From positions 8,018,458 to 8,082,457 of the forward strand of contig NC_057757.1 of NCBI RefSeq assembly GCF_004010195.1: a DNA stretch of 64,000 bases. Reading direction: 5' to 3'. The DNA comes from Chiloscyllium plagiosum (Eukaryota). Under the pieces are notes generated by a model. That model ran no database searches and was not told where the DNA came from. It was given only the letters and a program-made list of their open reading frames with translations. Position 1 is the first letter of the stretch. The number at the start of each line of letters is the position of its first letter. Below are positions 63,275-64,000 of the stretch, piece after piece. Made by a program: the position numbers and the translations under genes.

Positions 63275-63930
63275 TAGAACACAGACCATAGAACATTACA
63301 GTGTAGTACAGGCCCTTCGGCCCTCGATGTTGCGCCCACCTGTGAAACCAATCTGAAGCCCATCTATCCTGTACTATTCCATTCTCATCCATACGCCTAT
63401 CCAATGACCATTTAAGTGTCCTTAAAGGTGGGGAGTCTCCTACTGTTGCAGGCAGTGTGTTCCACACCCCTGCTACTCTCTGAGTAAAGAAACTATCTCT
63501 GACATCTGACTTATATCTATCACCTCTCGGTTTAAAGCGCTGTCTCCTCGTGCTCGCCATCACCATCTGAGGAAAAAGGCTCTCACTGTCCACCCTATCT
63601 AACCCTCTGATTATCTTATATGTCTCAATTAAGTTGCCTTTTAAACTTCTCTCTAATGAAAACAGCCTCAAATCCCTCAGTCTTTCCTTGTAAGACATTC
63701 CCTCCATACCAAGCAACACCCTGGTCAATCTTCTCTGAACCCTTTCCAATGTTTCCACTTCCTTCCTATAATGTAGTGACCAGAACTGTACGCAATTCTC
63801 CAACTGCAGTCACACCAGAGTTTTGTACAGCTGTAGCATGACCTCATGGTTCCAAAACTCAATCCCTCTACCAATAAAAGCTAACACACCATACGCCTTC
63901 TTACCGACCCTATCCACCTGGGTGGCAATG
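63275..63930 (-). mobile_element. CR1 3' fragment
   Basis: ORF 63234-63803 is the CR1 ORF2 C-terminus. Confidence 0.9.
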
Positions 63931-64000
63931 TGCAGAGGCAGAGATCAGCAGTTTAAAGTCATTACCATCAAAGTCCACAGAGTAGATGCAGAGATTTATT

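Overview
Vertebrate genomic DNA. The repeat content (HE1/V-SINE-type tRNA-derived SINEs, many CR1 LINE fragments, Penelope-like elements) points to a shark, probably an orectolobiform such as a bamboo shark; this is inferred. Most ORF-track entries are TE debris or satellite read-through. The main discovery is a minus-strand gene that the ORF track cannot see. A TATA/CCAAT promoter (~29.2 kb) precedes a signal-peptide exon (29101-29155), a 36-nt exon (24041-24076) and an array of 24-nt and 27-nt phase-1 microexons running to the left edge. The intact exons splice in strict alternation to give [90 protein letters not shown]..., a secreted Gly/Tyr/His-rich repeat protein whose 3' end lies outside the window. 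Four further exon copies have dead splice sites. Upstream, a CpG-island first exon sits inside a 3.1-kb Penelope-bounded block flanked by an 11-12 bp direct repeat, which suggests TE-mediated capture. The window also contains minimal hammerhead ribozyme motifs in Penelope termini, 29-, 45- and 95-bp tandem repeats, a solo LTR, MITEs and two assembly gaps. TE coordinates are approximate.
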